DNA from: Gammaproteobacteria bacterium | GTDB lineage: Bacteria > Pseudomonadota > Gammaproteobacteria > UBA4575 | Length of the DNA stretch: 64,000 nucleotides | Assembly (NCBI GenBank): GCA_965220895.1 | Contig: OZ244850.1 | Coordinates: forward strand, 596,861-660,860 | Direction: 5' to 3' | Shown: positions 49,005 through 58,812 of the stretch, piece by piece | How the letters are laid out: the number at the start of each line of letters is the position of its first letter | Position numbering within the stretch: the stretch's first letter is position 1 | Made by a program: the position numbers and the translations under genes | The notes under the pieces: generated by a model | The model's database searches: none | What the model saw: only the letters and a program-made list of their open reading frames with translations | Told to the model about the DNA's origin: nothing

Positions 49005-52000
49005 TCATGCAGTTCGACGAGGAGAACGGCGGTGCTCATGACTCACCTGTCCCGTGGGGCTTATATGCACTTTCTTGGCATTTCGTTTCTTGAGCGGATT
49101 GGAAGCAACGCACAAGTACTTAAAGGGATCTTCCTTGTTTCTTTCTCTGCTATCCACATTCGCCTCATGAAGCTCCGCAAATGACATTTGGCCGTTTTGA
49201 CTGACTTTTTGCAATCGATACAACTTTTTTTCACCGTCATTTTCAATTTCCACACAATCGTTGATTTGCAACCGCATCACCAGCTTCGCTGCAGGGTGGG
49301 GCCTGGCTGTCTGGCCAGGTTGGAAGTCATGCTGGTTGGCTTCAAACCGGGAAATCACCACGCCTTCCCACCTGCCCGCTTTCTTATGCACTGACGGGAA
49401 CGCATATATCTCAATACCCCAGTTGCTGTCGCCCTTGTAGGCCTTATAGGCGCTTCCTTCTGCATCTAGAATAGGAATAACCGACAGGGTTTCAGTCTGT
49501 CGCAAACTGCGGATTCCCTTTTGGCGCGCCAGGTCCTCTATTGCCTTCGCACCCGCCTCCGCTGTGTCGAATGCACACCTGAACTCCTCCCTCAGGCGGG
49601 CATCCCTGATTCGTTCAATGTTCTTCCGCTTCGTGAAGAATGAAATCGGTTTGCGGGTGACAACTTTGTACAAGTTCCGCTTTTCCTTCTCCCCGACAAG
49701 CCCATAGGCTGTGTCGTTATGCAGTTGTCCGTCTGTGGTTATCCCCCGCTGTAGTGTCTTGTGCCGTACCTTGTGCGAAACGACAATGTTCCGGACGGTA
49801 TCCACGACATCAGCCCGGAACCCTTCCCAAGGATCAATAGCACTTTTCCCGCCATTGACACGCGGGAACAGCCTGCCCATGGGCTGACTGCCAATTTGCT
49901 CGATTTCCTCAAGCTTCCGTGCCTCAGTCGCCACCTTTTGCAGCATGCTTCGGCTTGTCATGCCGATCACGATCGCATCCACGGCGTGATGACGATGGTC
50001 GTCGCGGTTTTTTCTCCCAGCGCTCTCCCCGCCATCCAGCAAAACACTGTTCAGTCCCCAGTGCCAACGCAGCAGGCTGGTCAGACGGCCGGTCAGGACA
50101 TCAATCTTGTCGATAGGACAAATTCTTTCGAGGTATTCGCGGGCAAGCCGACCAATGTAGCGAGTATCGTTGAGATGGCGGCTGGTGAAATCGGCACCTT
50201 CGCCTTGCTGCCAGATCTTCATTGCATCCTTCTGAAACCGCCACAGTTTGTAATCGGGGAGCTGCTCAGCGCGCGCAGCAATCTCGCCCCAGTCATAGCC
50301 ATTGGGGCTGTCTCCGAAGGCCTCATAGGGAGTCCGGTTGCCCTTGTCGCGGTTTGCCTTGCGCGTGCAAATCACCTTGTTTGCGCGGCTGTCATCCAAC
50401 GACCGACTAAATGGGATTAGGTGTTCAACTTGGGTGCGCTCACTGAAAAGGTCGGTGATTCCGATCTTGACGCCGGAGAAGGGGCAGCAACGTCCATTGG
50501 CGTCTTTGCTCAACTCTTTCCACAGAGACAGGCGCAAACGATTATCGGCGTTGAGTTGCTGACCAAGTTCCAGAAGCTTCTCGTTAAATCCCTGGTTTCT
50601 GTCCTGATTTTCCTTCTGTGCCCTTTCGATCTCCCGGCGCTTTAATTCGCCCGCCGGTAACTCCCGGCCCAATTCAATGGCTATGGAGAACGGTCGCCCG
50701 TACCGTTCAATCAATTCATTGACCACAAGGCGAATCTGGTTCAACGCGATATGCACCGTGGGGTTAGTTATACCGCCCCACCGGGTCTTTTCGTCGTCTT
50801 CAGCTCTTCCGGTCCCGGGAATGATGTGCCGCCCATCGCGAAATGCTTCTCCATAGTAGGGAAGCTTGTCCAGCAATTGGTATTTTCCGTCATCCCCTTT
50901 TTTGCGAAACGGATCCACGAATCCATTAACTTCCAGAGCCACGGACGCGGCTGCGGCGCTTTGCAATGGCAGGGAAAATTCCCCAGTATCCGGATCCACA
51001 ATTCCATCTCGCATCTTCGCCAACATGAGTTGCGCTGCCTTGCTGGAGATTTGTGCACTATCGTCCTTTAGTTGCGCATTGAGGCAATTGTTCGCAACGT
51101 AATCGGAGAGTTCGAAGTGTTCCCGAATGTACGTGCGGAGATCCGCATCATCCTGCGCGCCGTCCGGTGGCGGCAGATGCCCGGCGCCAGCAAGCCGTTT
51201 GCGATCGCGTTCCTGTTGATCGGGTGTGCCATTCAGTAGAACGTCGATAAACTCATCCTGCTTCCCCAGCGGCCAAGCGTGCCAGTCTTCTCCGATGCAG
51301 TCTTCATGCTGCATGAGGTTGCTGGTCAGATTGCCATTGAAGCCCTTGCGCTTCTGCGTCTCGAAATTAAATCTGAAGTCGCCTTCCGCATAGTTGAGCT
51401 TCTTCAAGACCCCCTTCATCTTGCCAAAAGTGACCTGACCGCTCTTTGTGACCACCCTCTCTAGAAGCCGCACTATCTCGTCCCTGGCGTCAGGATAGTC
51501 CCTTACCCGTTTGTTCTGGTAGCCGTCCCACCATTCCAAGCTATTGACTTCCTGAAAGATGCGATAGCACTGAAAACTTGGCATGGCCCGGAAAGTTCGA
51601 TCTTCACTCGGCAGATACGTGCACTTCCCCCGCTTCTGAGGTTTCAGGGGGCGCTGGTGGAAAATCGCCTGATGTACACGCTGCCGAGCGTCTTCAGTCA
51701 TCAACTTTGGATGATGTAGCGACTGGGCTTCCCAAATCTTGTTGAACTCGTCTTCGTATAGTTCGCGTGTTGGGTACACCTCGTACAGTTTTCCGTCAGC
51801 ACCCGCGCCCGGTCGAGCTCGCGTCGGAATACGTTTACGGTGACGCCGGTACAAAAATGAGCCATAGGTCAGATCCTCTCGTTCGGCCAGATCCCGTAAA
51901 GCCCGGTTCCGAGCTTCCGCCTCCGCCCTGCGAACCTGCTTTTTTTCTTCTCTCGACAGCTTCTTGTACTCTTCTCGCGCTAGTTCCGGATCAAGCAAAC

Positions 52001-52472
52001 CCATCTGTTGCAACAGCAATCGCGCCGAACTCGAAACCTTTCCACCGGTCACCTCTTCACTTCGGTCCTTCCGGTTGCTCTTGAAGCCTCGGCGCTGATT
52101 GATATGGAACAATGCACGACCGACTTCACATGGCTTCAGCGGTTGAGTCAAGGCCTGCGCTCGCAAGGCCAGCGGGTTCAAGGATTGCAACGCCTTGCGC
52201 TCTTTCTTTGATTCCGGGAACAGCCCTGCCTGGGTCAACTCATGCAACAAGAACTTCTTGCGCTGCTTGAAGCGGTCACGACGCCGACGCGCCGACCGCT
52301 TTTCCCGCCGGGTCGCCGCGAGCGTGGCTTTGCTCTTGTTGTCCCTTCCTTCGGCGAATATGCGCGACCCTGCGGCTGTGATGGCGCAGGGACTCCCGTT
52401 ATCGTCCAGTTCAAGGACACTCCAGCCAAGCGAATTTGTCCCCACATCAAGACCAAAGCGGTATCTCGACAT
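49005..52472 (-). CDS. cas9: Cas9 (type II-C, 1155 aa)
   Basis: RuvC-I GLDVGTNSLGW at the N-terminus, arginine-rich bridge helix, HNH motif (VEHLIPFSRS...NKVICTRKAN), RuvC-II/III. No csn2 or cas4, so subtype II-C. Confidence 0.9.
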   Translation of the reverse strand: MSRYRFGLDVGTNSLGWSVLELDDNGSPCAITAAGSRIFAEGRDNKSKATLAATRREKRSARRRRDRFKQRKKFLLHELTQAGLFPESKKERKALQSLNPLALRAQALTQPLKPCEVGRALFHINQRRGFKSNRKDRSEEVTGGKVSSSARLLLQQMGLLDPELAREEYKKLSREEKKQVRRAEAEARNRALRDLAEREDLTYGSFLYRRHRKRIPTRARPGAGADGKLYEVYPTRELYEDEFNKIWEAQSLHHPKLMTEDARQRVHQAIFHQRPLKPQKRGKCTYLPSEDRTFRAMPSFQCYRIFQEVNSLEWWDGYQNKRVRDYPDARDEIVRLLERVVTKSGQVTFGKMKGVLKKLNYAEGDFRFNFETQKRKGFNGNLTSNLMQHEDCIGEDWHAWPLGKQDEFIDVLLNGTPDQQERDRKRLAGAGHLPPPDGAQDDADLRTYIREHFELSDYVANNCLNAQLKDDSAQISSKAAQLMLAKMRDGIVDPDTGEFSLPLQSAAAASVALEVNGFVDPFRKKGDDGKYQLLDKLPYYGEAFRDGRHIIPGTGRAEDDEKTRWGGITNPTVHIALNQIRLVVNELIERYGRPFSIAIELGRELPAGELKRREIERAQKENQDRNQGFNEKLLELGQQLNADNRLRLSLWKELSKDANGRCCPFSGVKIGITDLFSERTQVEHLIPFSRSLDDSRANKVICTRKANRDKGNRTPYEAFGDSPNGYDWGEIAARAEQLPDYKLWRFQKDAMKIWQQGEGADFTSRHLNDTRYIGRLAREYLERICPIDKIDVLTGRLTSLLRWHWGLNSVLLDGGESAGRKNRDDHRHHAVDAIVIGMTSRSMLQKVATEARKLEEIEQIGSQPMGRLFPRVNGGKSAIDPWEGFRADVVDTVRNIVVSHKVRHKTLQRGITTDGQLHNDTAYGLVGEKEKRNLYKVVTRKPISFFTKRKNIERIRDARLREEFRCAFDTAEAGAKAIEDLARQKGIRSLRQTETLSVIPILDAEGSAYKAYKGDSNWGIEIYAFPSVHKKAGRWEGVVISRFEANQHDFQPGQTARPHPAAKLVMRLQINDCVEIENDGEKKLYRLQKVSQNGQMSFAELHEANVDSRERNKEDPFKYLCVASNPLKKRNAKKVHISPTGQVSHEHRRSPRRTA

Positions 52473-52565
52473 CTCCAGCGCCTACTCCCAATCCCGGGCA
52501 CATGCGGATACAGGAAACCAGTGAACCCGCCGATTGTGCATTTTAATCATGCACACTCCTCCTCA

Positions 52566-52662
52566 AACGAAAAGGGCGACCCGCAGGTCACCCTCCCAAT
52601 TTTGTGAATTCTCACTTGTTAATCTAAGCCGAAGCAAGAACCACCTATTCCTGAGTAATAAT
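52566..52662 (-). ncRNA. candidate tracrRNA
   Basis: On the minus strand there is a TATACT -10 box. It is followed by an anti-repeat with 16 nt perfectly complementary to repeat positions 14-29 (ACUCAGGAAUAGGUGG) and a bulged lower stem complementary to repeat nt 1-11. A GUGA-GAAU-UCAC hairpin and then a GGGUGACC-UGCG-GGUCGCCC + UUUUCGUUU intrinsic terminator follow, ending about 90 nt upstream of cas9. Confidence 0.55.
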
Positions 52663-52779
52663 GTTTTCAGTATACCTTAGTCTTTGCGTATATTTCGACT
52701 CTCAGAGTTGTCTCTCTGCATGTGCATGTGCATGTGCAAGTGGCAGTGCAATTCTCAGCCATGCCTTTGCAGATGGCCA

Positions 52780-53256
52780 TCACGCCGGGCCCAATATCTT
52801 CTCCATTCTTTCGTGACGCACGGATGAAAGCTCGCTCTTGCCGGTACCGCTCACGGCATAGCCGTTCCTCTTGTAGAACTCCACAGCACCCTCACGGGCA
52901 AGCAACCAGCAAGTCCTCACCTGGTGAGTGCGCGCGAACCGTTCAAGCCTTTCGAGAATCGAACGACCGATACCCCTGTGCCGATAGTCGGCATGGACGG
53001 CCATGTAGCGCACCCGTGCCGTGCCGTCCGCTTCCATGTGCACCCTGCCCACCCCGACGAGGGACTGCCCGTCGTAGGCTGCGATATGAAATGCGGTATC
53101 CTCCTGCGAGTCCCTTTCGCTGCCACGAGGCATGTGCAGCGGTTCACGCAGTTGCGCCCACCGGAACGAAAAGTATTCTGCGAATTCTCCAGGGGCAAGC
53201 GGCGACCGGTAGTGAATCAAGTGATCCTCATGCAAACACAACCCAGGTCGTGGCAA
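52780..53256 (-). CDS. GNAT-family N-acetyltransferase
   Basis: Acetyl-CoA-binding motif RHRGIGRSILERLERFA. 158 aa. Confidence 0.8.
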   Translation of the reverse strand: MPRPGLCLHEDHLIHYRSPLAPGEFAEYFSFRWAQLREPLHMPRGSERDSQEDTAFHIAAYDGQSLVGVGRVHMEADGTARVRYMAVHADYRHRGIGRSILERLERFARTHQVRTCWLLAREGAVEFYKRNGYAVSGTGKSELSSVRHERMEKILGPA

Positions 53257-53851
53257 TGTACTTCACTCCCTGCTCCAGCAGGGTGCCGCGATGCTCATGT
53301 GTCCAGAATGGCGGGAACAGGATCAGTTTTCCGGCTTCGGGCCTGACCTTGACCCCCTGAAACAGAAATTCCGTTTCTCCTCCCGGTCCTGCGACATCAT
53401 TCAGATACCAGATCGCCACCAGTTGACGGTGGCTGAAATCATGGCTGCCGCCATCAACGTGCCAGTGATAGTACTCGCCCGCCCGGGTCCTCTGGATCCC
53501 GTACCCCATATCCTTGAAAGGACCCTTGAAAAACGGATAGCGTTCACGAAATTCCCGCACGGCCAGACCCAGTGACCGGAAAAAGGTCCGGTCCGTATCC
53601 TTCCAGTGTGCCTTGCCGCTGACGACCAGGTCAGTGGATTTCTTGATGCTGGCGTCCCTGTCGGCAAGCTGACCAATGCGCCCTTCGTACTGTTCTTCCT
53701 CGGCCCGCTCAAAGTGCTCGATAACCTCGGCGCAGAAACCCGCAGGAAGGGAGCCGGCCTGTTCGAAAATAAAGCTGCCGGGCTTGATTTCGCGGATGGT
53801 TTGAAGGGGCTGTTCAGCCCTGCGGTCTGCGCGCCCCCGGGTCATGGTCAA
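53228..53851 (-). CDS. prolyl 4-hydroxylase-like 2OG-Fe(II) oxygenase
   Basis: HxD...H motif (HVDGGSH ... HEHRG) in a P4Hc-like fold. 207 aa. Start overlaps the upstream gene stop (ATGA). Confidence 0.8.
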   Translation of the reverse strand: MTMTRGRADRRAEQPLQTIREIKPGSFIFEQAGSLPAGFCAEVIEHFERAEEEQYEGRIGQLADRDASIKKSTDLVVSGKAHWKDTDRTFFRSLGLAVREFRERYPFFKGPFKDMGYGIQRTRAGEYYHWHVDGGSHDFSHRQLVAIWYLNDVAGPGGETEFLFQGVKVRPEAGKLILFPPFWTHEHRGTLLEQGVKYIATTWVVFA

Positions 53852-54897
53852 AGAGGGTTTTCTACGACAATCTTTTCCAGCCTGGACAGGCTCGCATCAT
53901 CCTGCTTCTCATAGCATGCAAGCATATCACCTGCCACTGACGTCCAGTGACGTACGCCTTTTGCAACCAGCTTTTTCAAAGGTTTCAGATTGTCCGTGTC
54001 CACCCATGCCTGGTAGGCTTTCTGAAAGCCCGGGAACAACTCCTTGCGCATGGCTGTGAGGTTGGCCGCATAAAAATGCAACGAGGCGGGATTGTAGTTT
54101 TCGATCAGTCCCGGCAAGGTCGACAGGCAGTCGGCCAGCAGGTCCTTGACGGCCCTGGCCATGATTTCTGCCCGGGAGCGTGGCAGGTTCATGACCATTT
54201 CGCGCCACCCATCCCCCAGCTCCCTGGAAGCAACAAATTCACCGATCTCATGCAGGGTGACGGCTTCGAGCTCGTTTTCCGTCATTCGGTCCAGCGCGTA
54301 CGAAACCCCCTTGTCAAACTCATAGAACGACAATGCCTTGGCCATGGCGTTTTCATTCTTGTGCCACTGCCATTCCTGGTATTTTTCCCAGAGCAGCCAA
54401 CTCAGCGATTCCCTGCGAATGAAAACGTTCTTGCCCTGGGTCATTGCCGGCGGTGCGGTCAGGTCCCTCGCGCATTCATCCGCGGCAACGTACATCGTGA
54501 AATCGTTGTAGACCTCTCTGGATTCAAGTCGTGCCAGAAAGAAGTTCGGGGTTGCGCGAAGACCGATACCGCCGCTGTACACATAGTGCTTGGGCACCAG
54601 TACCGCGTTGATGTTATCGGTGTCAAACGGGTCAAATTCCTCGCCATCGATCCGCAACGGCAAAAAACTCTCCTCTTCCAGCGTCTCCCACAGGTGTTCG
54701 CGATCCTGCACCCAGTCTCCCACCTCCTCCTTGGGCAGGGCTTCATCAAACGTGTAGCCGTTTTCCCAGCGAAAGTACTCGCGCATCTTCAGGAGATAGA
54801 CGCACAGCGTATAGTTGGCGGCGTTGCGCGCATCCGAGATGTCGCAGTTCTTCTGCACGGTCGTGCAAAGAAGTTCGGTTTGGGTGGTCATGGGCAC
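53848..54897 (-). CDS. hypothetical protein (349 aa), first gene of the unknown-P4H-GNAT operon
   Basis: Long ORF with coding-like composition. Translationally coupled to the P4H-like gene. No recognisable motif. Confidence 0.6.
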   Translation of the reverse strand: MPMTTQTELLCTTVQKNCDISDARNAANYTLCVYLLKMREYFRWENGYTFDEALPKEEVGDWVQDREHLWETLEEESFLPLRIDGEEFDPFDTDNINAVLVPKHYVYSGGIGLRATPNFFLARLESREVYNDFTMYVAADECARDLTAPPAMTQGKNVFIRRESLSWLLWEKYQEWQWHKNENAMAKALSFYEFDKGVSYALDRMTENELEAVTLHEIGEFVASRELGDGWREMVMNLPRSRAEIMARAVKDLLADCLSTLPGLIENYNPASLHFYAANLTAMRKELFPGFQKAYQAWVDTDNLKPLKKLVAKGVRHWTSVAGDMLACYEKQDDASLSRLEKIVVENPL

Positions 54898-54955
54898 ATT
54901 ATACGCCGAGTGATACTATGATCGGAAAAGGTGGCAAAACGGACGAACAAGGTGC

Positions 54956-55579
54956 TTGAAAACCGTGGCTAGACTGAAAACCAAATGGAACTTGCAGGAG
55001 CGACAACGCAGTCCTGAAGATATAGCAAGTGTGATCGCCTTCAATCTTTGGGTGCTGGCGGCAGATTCATGCCTGTTTCTTGAAAACGAGGGGTTCGAGA
55101 CCCGATCACAGTCGCAACGGCTCGACGTGATCGCAGAATTCACGGCATTCGGCGCCCATGTTGCAGACCGGATGGTGTTCGATACCATGACGGCTTCCGA
55201 ACGGGAATTGTTCATCAACTCGCTGGGACAGCACCTTGCAAACACCATGCAGACCAACCGCGAGGAGATCATCGGTGCCGGAAACTACCGCAAGGATTTT
55301 ATCGATCTTCTGAATCGCAGGATGGATGAGTTCTGCCAGTGCAGTTATTCGGAAGAGCACGGGCCCGGGTTTCCCATGCGACGACTGGCTGCAAATCACG
55401 TGCAGGCGGTCATGGGGGAAAAGGACAACAAGTGGATTCCCGACTACGTGATCGATTCCGAAATCCCCAAACTGTTGCTGGGCCTGAAAAGAGTCTTCAA
55501 GGGCCAGAAAGCCTCGCTGGACGAAACCGATTTCTCTGCACCCCCGATTCCTGAATCCGGCGTCTGGGGCGAGGAATGA
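54956..55579 (+). CDS. hypothetical protein (207 aa)
   Basis: Divergent from the 349-aa ORF. No recognisable motif. Confidence 0.5.
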   Translation: MKTVARLKTKWNLQERQRSPEDIASVIAFNLWVLAADSCLFLENEGFETRSQSQRLDVIAEFTAFGAHVADRMVFDTMTASERELFINSLGQHLANTMQTNREEIIGAGNYRKDFIDLLNRRMDEFCQCSYSEEHGPGFPMRRLAANHVQAVMGEKDNKWIPDYVIDSEIPKLLLGLKRVFKGQKASLDETDFSAPPIPESGVWGEE

Positions 55580-55687
55580 GTAGTTTCTAGGGGGTCTCGA
55601 CAGAAAGGAACACTGCCTGCATCAAGGACATGGACCTCGCGGCTGCATGCGCATCCCCTGTCGGGGCTGCAGTAACCGAAAGCGCAG

Positions 55688-55882
55688 TCACTGCTTCCAT
55701 TTATCAAAGTTATCAGTATTTTTCTCCTGTCCGTCTTCATAGCCTGCCGTATAGGCTTCGGTGACCCTTTGCTCCTCGCGCTCGGGGTGCCCGAGGTAGC
55801 CTCCCTGCCAACCCAGAACATATTCCGGGTCCACTCCCGCGGATTCCATTTTGGTCACGGTTTCTCTGTATAGCTGGTCCAT
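55688..55882 (-). CDS. hypothetical small protein (64 aa from MDQLYRE)
   Basis: Downstream of the TrpD2-like gene on the same strand. Start chosen to avoid overlap. Confidence 0.3.
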   Translation of the reverse strand: MDQLYRETVTKMESAGVDPEYVLGWQGGYLGHPEREEQRVTEAYTAGYEDGQEKNTDNFDKWKQ

Positions 55883-55898
55883 GTTTTCTCCTTGTCTA

Positions 55899-57053
55899 CT
55901 ACGATTTGTTTTTCTGGAAGTGCGCGAATGCCTTGCCTGAACCCAGCGCGGCGCGGATTCTCTCGGCGGCATCTTCGAGAGTTTTCTCAAGGCCGAGATG
56001 CACGAGCATAATGGCCCCGGAGTACACCAGGCCGTCGCGCCCGGGACCTTCTTCTCCCTGCAATGCAGACAACCCTACCTGCGCCGCTTCATGGGCAAGC
56101 TGGTCGACATCAAACTTTGCCGCCGTGCTGTCGCCTGCAACTTTGGAAGGGTCCAGTTCCGGCAACGGTACTGCCCGGACATCCTGGTCGATACCGGCTT
56201 GCTGTGGTGCGATTTCCACTTCGCTCAGCGGCCCGCCGTTTCGGTATTCAAAATACTTCGAGCTTTGCTTGAGAGAGGGTGTCACTCCTCCCTCAACCCC
56301 GCGCACAAACACCGAAGACTCAAAACCGGACAACCTTGCCAGATGTTCATACACGGGTGGATAGGGCTTGTGCACATAGCCGGTCACCAGATGAGTGCCG
56401 ACCGTTCCCCGTACGGGTCCGATCAAAACCTCCACCGTGGTGATGACTGGCCTTTTCACGATCTGGGTGCGCAGGGGAATCAGGCTGTGCAACGCCGGGC
56501 AGACCTGGCGTTGATCGATATAGGACCACCCCGCTTCCTGGCGATTGATCTGCTGCACGGCTTGCTGGACGGTCAAGTCGACATTGATGCCGGCGGCACG
56601 CAGAACCTTCCTGTGTGTGGCTCCATACTTCGGTCCCACGGCTTCCGCGCCGTGCGAGACGCTCCGCACCCCGCAAGCGGCCAGCACCGCGGGCAGGAAA
56701 GGGGAAACCGGCAGGCCACGTGTATAACCGTCGTAGGGGTCTGCGATATCCACGACGTGTTCCACGTCCGCCGTGGCTATGTTCGAGACATCGATGATCG
56801 CCTGCAGGCAACCACCGTTTTCATCCAGTGTCTCTCGTTTCATTCGCAGGGCAATCAGGAATATTCCGGCCTGAACCGGGTCCGCCGAGCCATCCAGGAT
56901 GTGGCTCATGGCGTCCCGCGCTTCCCCGAAGGAGATGTCCTTGCTGTATTCAGGCCCGGTAGCCACCCGCTGGATGTAGGAACGCATGGCCTGCTTCGCA
57001 TCCGGGTTTACGGGTTGTTCCTTTCTTGACATCTTTTCGTGAAGCCATCTCAA
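55899..57053 (-). CDS. TrpD2/YbiB-like protein (anthranilate phosphoribosyltransferase fold, glycosyl transferase family 3)
   Basis: GT3 N-terminal helical domain followed by an alpha/beta domain. 384 aa. Lacks obvious TrpD catalytic residues. Confidence 0.7.
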   Translation of the reverse strand: MRWLHEKMSRKEQPVNPDAKQAMRSYIQRVATGPEYSKDISFGEARDAMSHILDGSADPVQAGIFLIALRMKRETLDENGGCLQAIIDVSNIATADVEHVVDIADPYDGYTRGLPVSPFLPAVLAACGVRSVSHGAEAVGPKYGATHRKVLRAAGINVDLTVQQAVQQINRQEAGWSYIDQRQVCPALHSLIPLRTQIVKRPVITTVEVLIGPVRGTVGTHLVTGYVHKPYPPVYEHLARLSGFESSVFVRGVEGGVTPSLKQSSKYFEYRNGGPLSEVEIAPQQAGIDQDVRAVPLPELDPSKVAGDSTAAKFDVDQLAHEAAQVGLSALQGEEGPGRDGLVYSGAIMLVHLGLEKTLEDAAERIRAALGSGKAFAHFQKNKS

Positions 57054-57262
57054 ACGTGACAGGGCAGGATATAAAAAGCCGTAATCCTCCTAATATACCT
57101 CTATAGGGAGAACCTGCACGGACGGTACACGCCTTCGCGTCCTGCGGGCATGAACGATAACTCCGGCACAGGACGCGGTGAACAGTTACCCCTGGTATTC
57201 CCTTTGGTGCATTCGTCGGGTTTCGAATATTCGCGTATCATAGGCAGCACAAGCCAACCCCG

Positions 57263-57724
57263 ATGACTGTCCCGCTTGGAGATGACATGCCCGACGACGA
57301 TATGGACTTAGCCAGTGGCATCATGGCATTCGAGGCAAAACATTTTTCCCGGGCACTGCAGATTCTTTCTCAGCTTGCGGAAAAAGGCGATGCCGATGCC
57401 CAGTACCGATGTGCCATCATGTACCAGAATGGTTTGGGCACCGTGGCCAACCCGGATTCTGCCTACCAGTGGATGAAATCCGCGGCCGAGCAGGACCATG
57501 CATTGGCCCAGCATGGGCTCGGGTTCATGTACATGGAGGGTGACTGCACCGAGCAAAATGGTGAAGAGGCGGTGAGATGGTTCACCAAGGCGGCAGACCA
57601 GGGACTCCAGGGGTCACAAACGACGCTTGCCCTGATGTATGAAGAAGGCCGCGGTATTGAACAGGACCTAGAAAAAGCCAAACAGTGGTACGGCAGGGCC
57701 GGATTTTCTGCCGATGAAATTTAA
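57263..57724 (+). CDS. Sel1-repeat (TPR-like) protein
   Basis: Three Sel1 repeats (AQYRCAIMYQNGLGTVANPDSAYQWMKSAAEQDHALAQHGLGFMYMEG...). Confidence 0.75.
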   Translation: MTVPLGDDMPDDDMDLASGIMAFEAKHFSRALQILSQLAEKGDADAQYRCAIMYQNGLGTVANPDSAYQWMKSAAEQDHALAQHGLGFMYMEGDCTEQNGEEAVRWFTKAADQGLQGSQTTLALMYEEGRGIEQDLEKAKQWYGRAGFSADEI

Positions 57725-57741
57725 GCGACTGACAGGCCCCG

Positions 57742-58791
57742 ATGCGACCCGCTCATCTTATCGTCGTACTTGAAAAGGAGTTTCTAGGCGCCGCCTTCGG
57801 ACACCACACCCCGGTGATGCTGTGGGGACCCCCCGGTGTCGGCAAGTCGCAGATGGTCGGGCAGGTGGCGGAAAAAAACGGTGTGGAAGTCATCGACATA
57901 CGCCTGTCGCAAATGGAACCCAGCGACCTGCGGGGCATCCCCTTCCGGGACGGGAACACGGTGGAGTGGGCCATCCCCGCGATGCTGCCGGATGTCAGCC
58001 GGCACGGCGGGAATGGAATTTTGTTCCTCGACGAGATCACCTCGGCAGCCCCGAGTGTATCCGCAGCCGCCTATCAGCTGATTCTGGACCGGCGCCTGGG
58101 GCAATACCGCGTGCCCGAAGGCTGGGCGATATTTGCGGCCGGGAACCGGCAGGGGGACCGTGGAGTGACCTATTCGATGCCGGCCCCGCTGGCCAACCGG
58201 TTCTCCCATTTCGAGGTGGATGTCAATCTGGACGACTGGGTCGCCTGGGCCTACGCCAATCATATCGACGAGAAAATCATTGCCTTCCTGCGGTTTCGAC
58301 CCGACCTGCTGTTCGATTTCGATCCCGCACACAATCCGGTTGCCTTCCCTTCGCCACGCTCCTGGGAATTTGCCCACCGGGCCCTGCAAAAATTCCCGGA
58401 CCGGCCCGACCTGCTTACCGGTGCACTGCAGGCCTGTGTCGGACCTGCTGCGGGAGTGGAGCTCAATGCCTTTATCGCGAACCTGGATCAAATGCCTGAC
58501 CTGGAAGCGATCGTACGCGGGGACGACATTGCCGCGCCGCAGGAAATCGATTTGCAGTATGCGGTCGCCTCTGCGCTGGTCGGCCATGCCATCCGCGCCA
58601 GACAAACGGAGGATGCGGGCCACGTACACGGCAACATCCTGAACTACGCGGGCCGGTTCCCGCAGCGTGAAATGGGCGTGATGATGGTTTCGGACATGCA
58701 CCGGGCCATCGGCGAGGACCTTTTCAGCCTGCCCGAGTTCACCACGTGGGCAGACAAGATCGCGGATATCATGATCTATGATCACGCCTGA
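57742..58791 (+). CDS. MoxR-class AAA+ ATPase (AAA_5 type)
   Basis: Walker A GPPGVGKS, Walker B ILFLDEIT, sensor/arginine-finger region. 349 aa. Confidence 0.8.
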   Translation: MRPAHLIVVLEKEFLGAAFGHHTPVMLWGPPGVGKSQMVGQVAEKNGVEVIDIRLSQMEPSDLRGIPFRDGNTVEWAIPAMLPDVSRHGGNGILFLDEITSAAPSVSAAAYQLILDRRLGQYRVPEGWAIFAAGNRQGDRGVTYSMPAPLANRFSHFEVDVNLDDWVAWAYANHIDEKIIAFLRFRPDLLFDFDPAHNPVAFPSPRSWEFAHRALQKFPDRPDLLTGALQACVGPAAGVELNAFIANLDQMPDLEAIVRGDDIAAPQEIDLQYAVASALVGHAIRARQTEDAGHVHGNILNYAGRFPQREMGVMMVSDMHRAIGEDLFSLPEFTTWADKIADIMIYDHA

Positions 58792-58812
58792 GGCGTGCCG
58801 TGACACATGTAA

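Noticed and set aside
52617-52659. Repeat-like sequence upstream of cas9, considered as a degenerate terminal repeat of a second or decayed array
   Set aside because: It is a single copy, flanked on the minus strand by a -10 box and a strong intrinsic terminator, and its complement pairs with the repeat. This fits a tracrRNA anti-repeat better.
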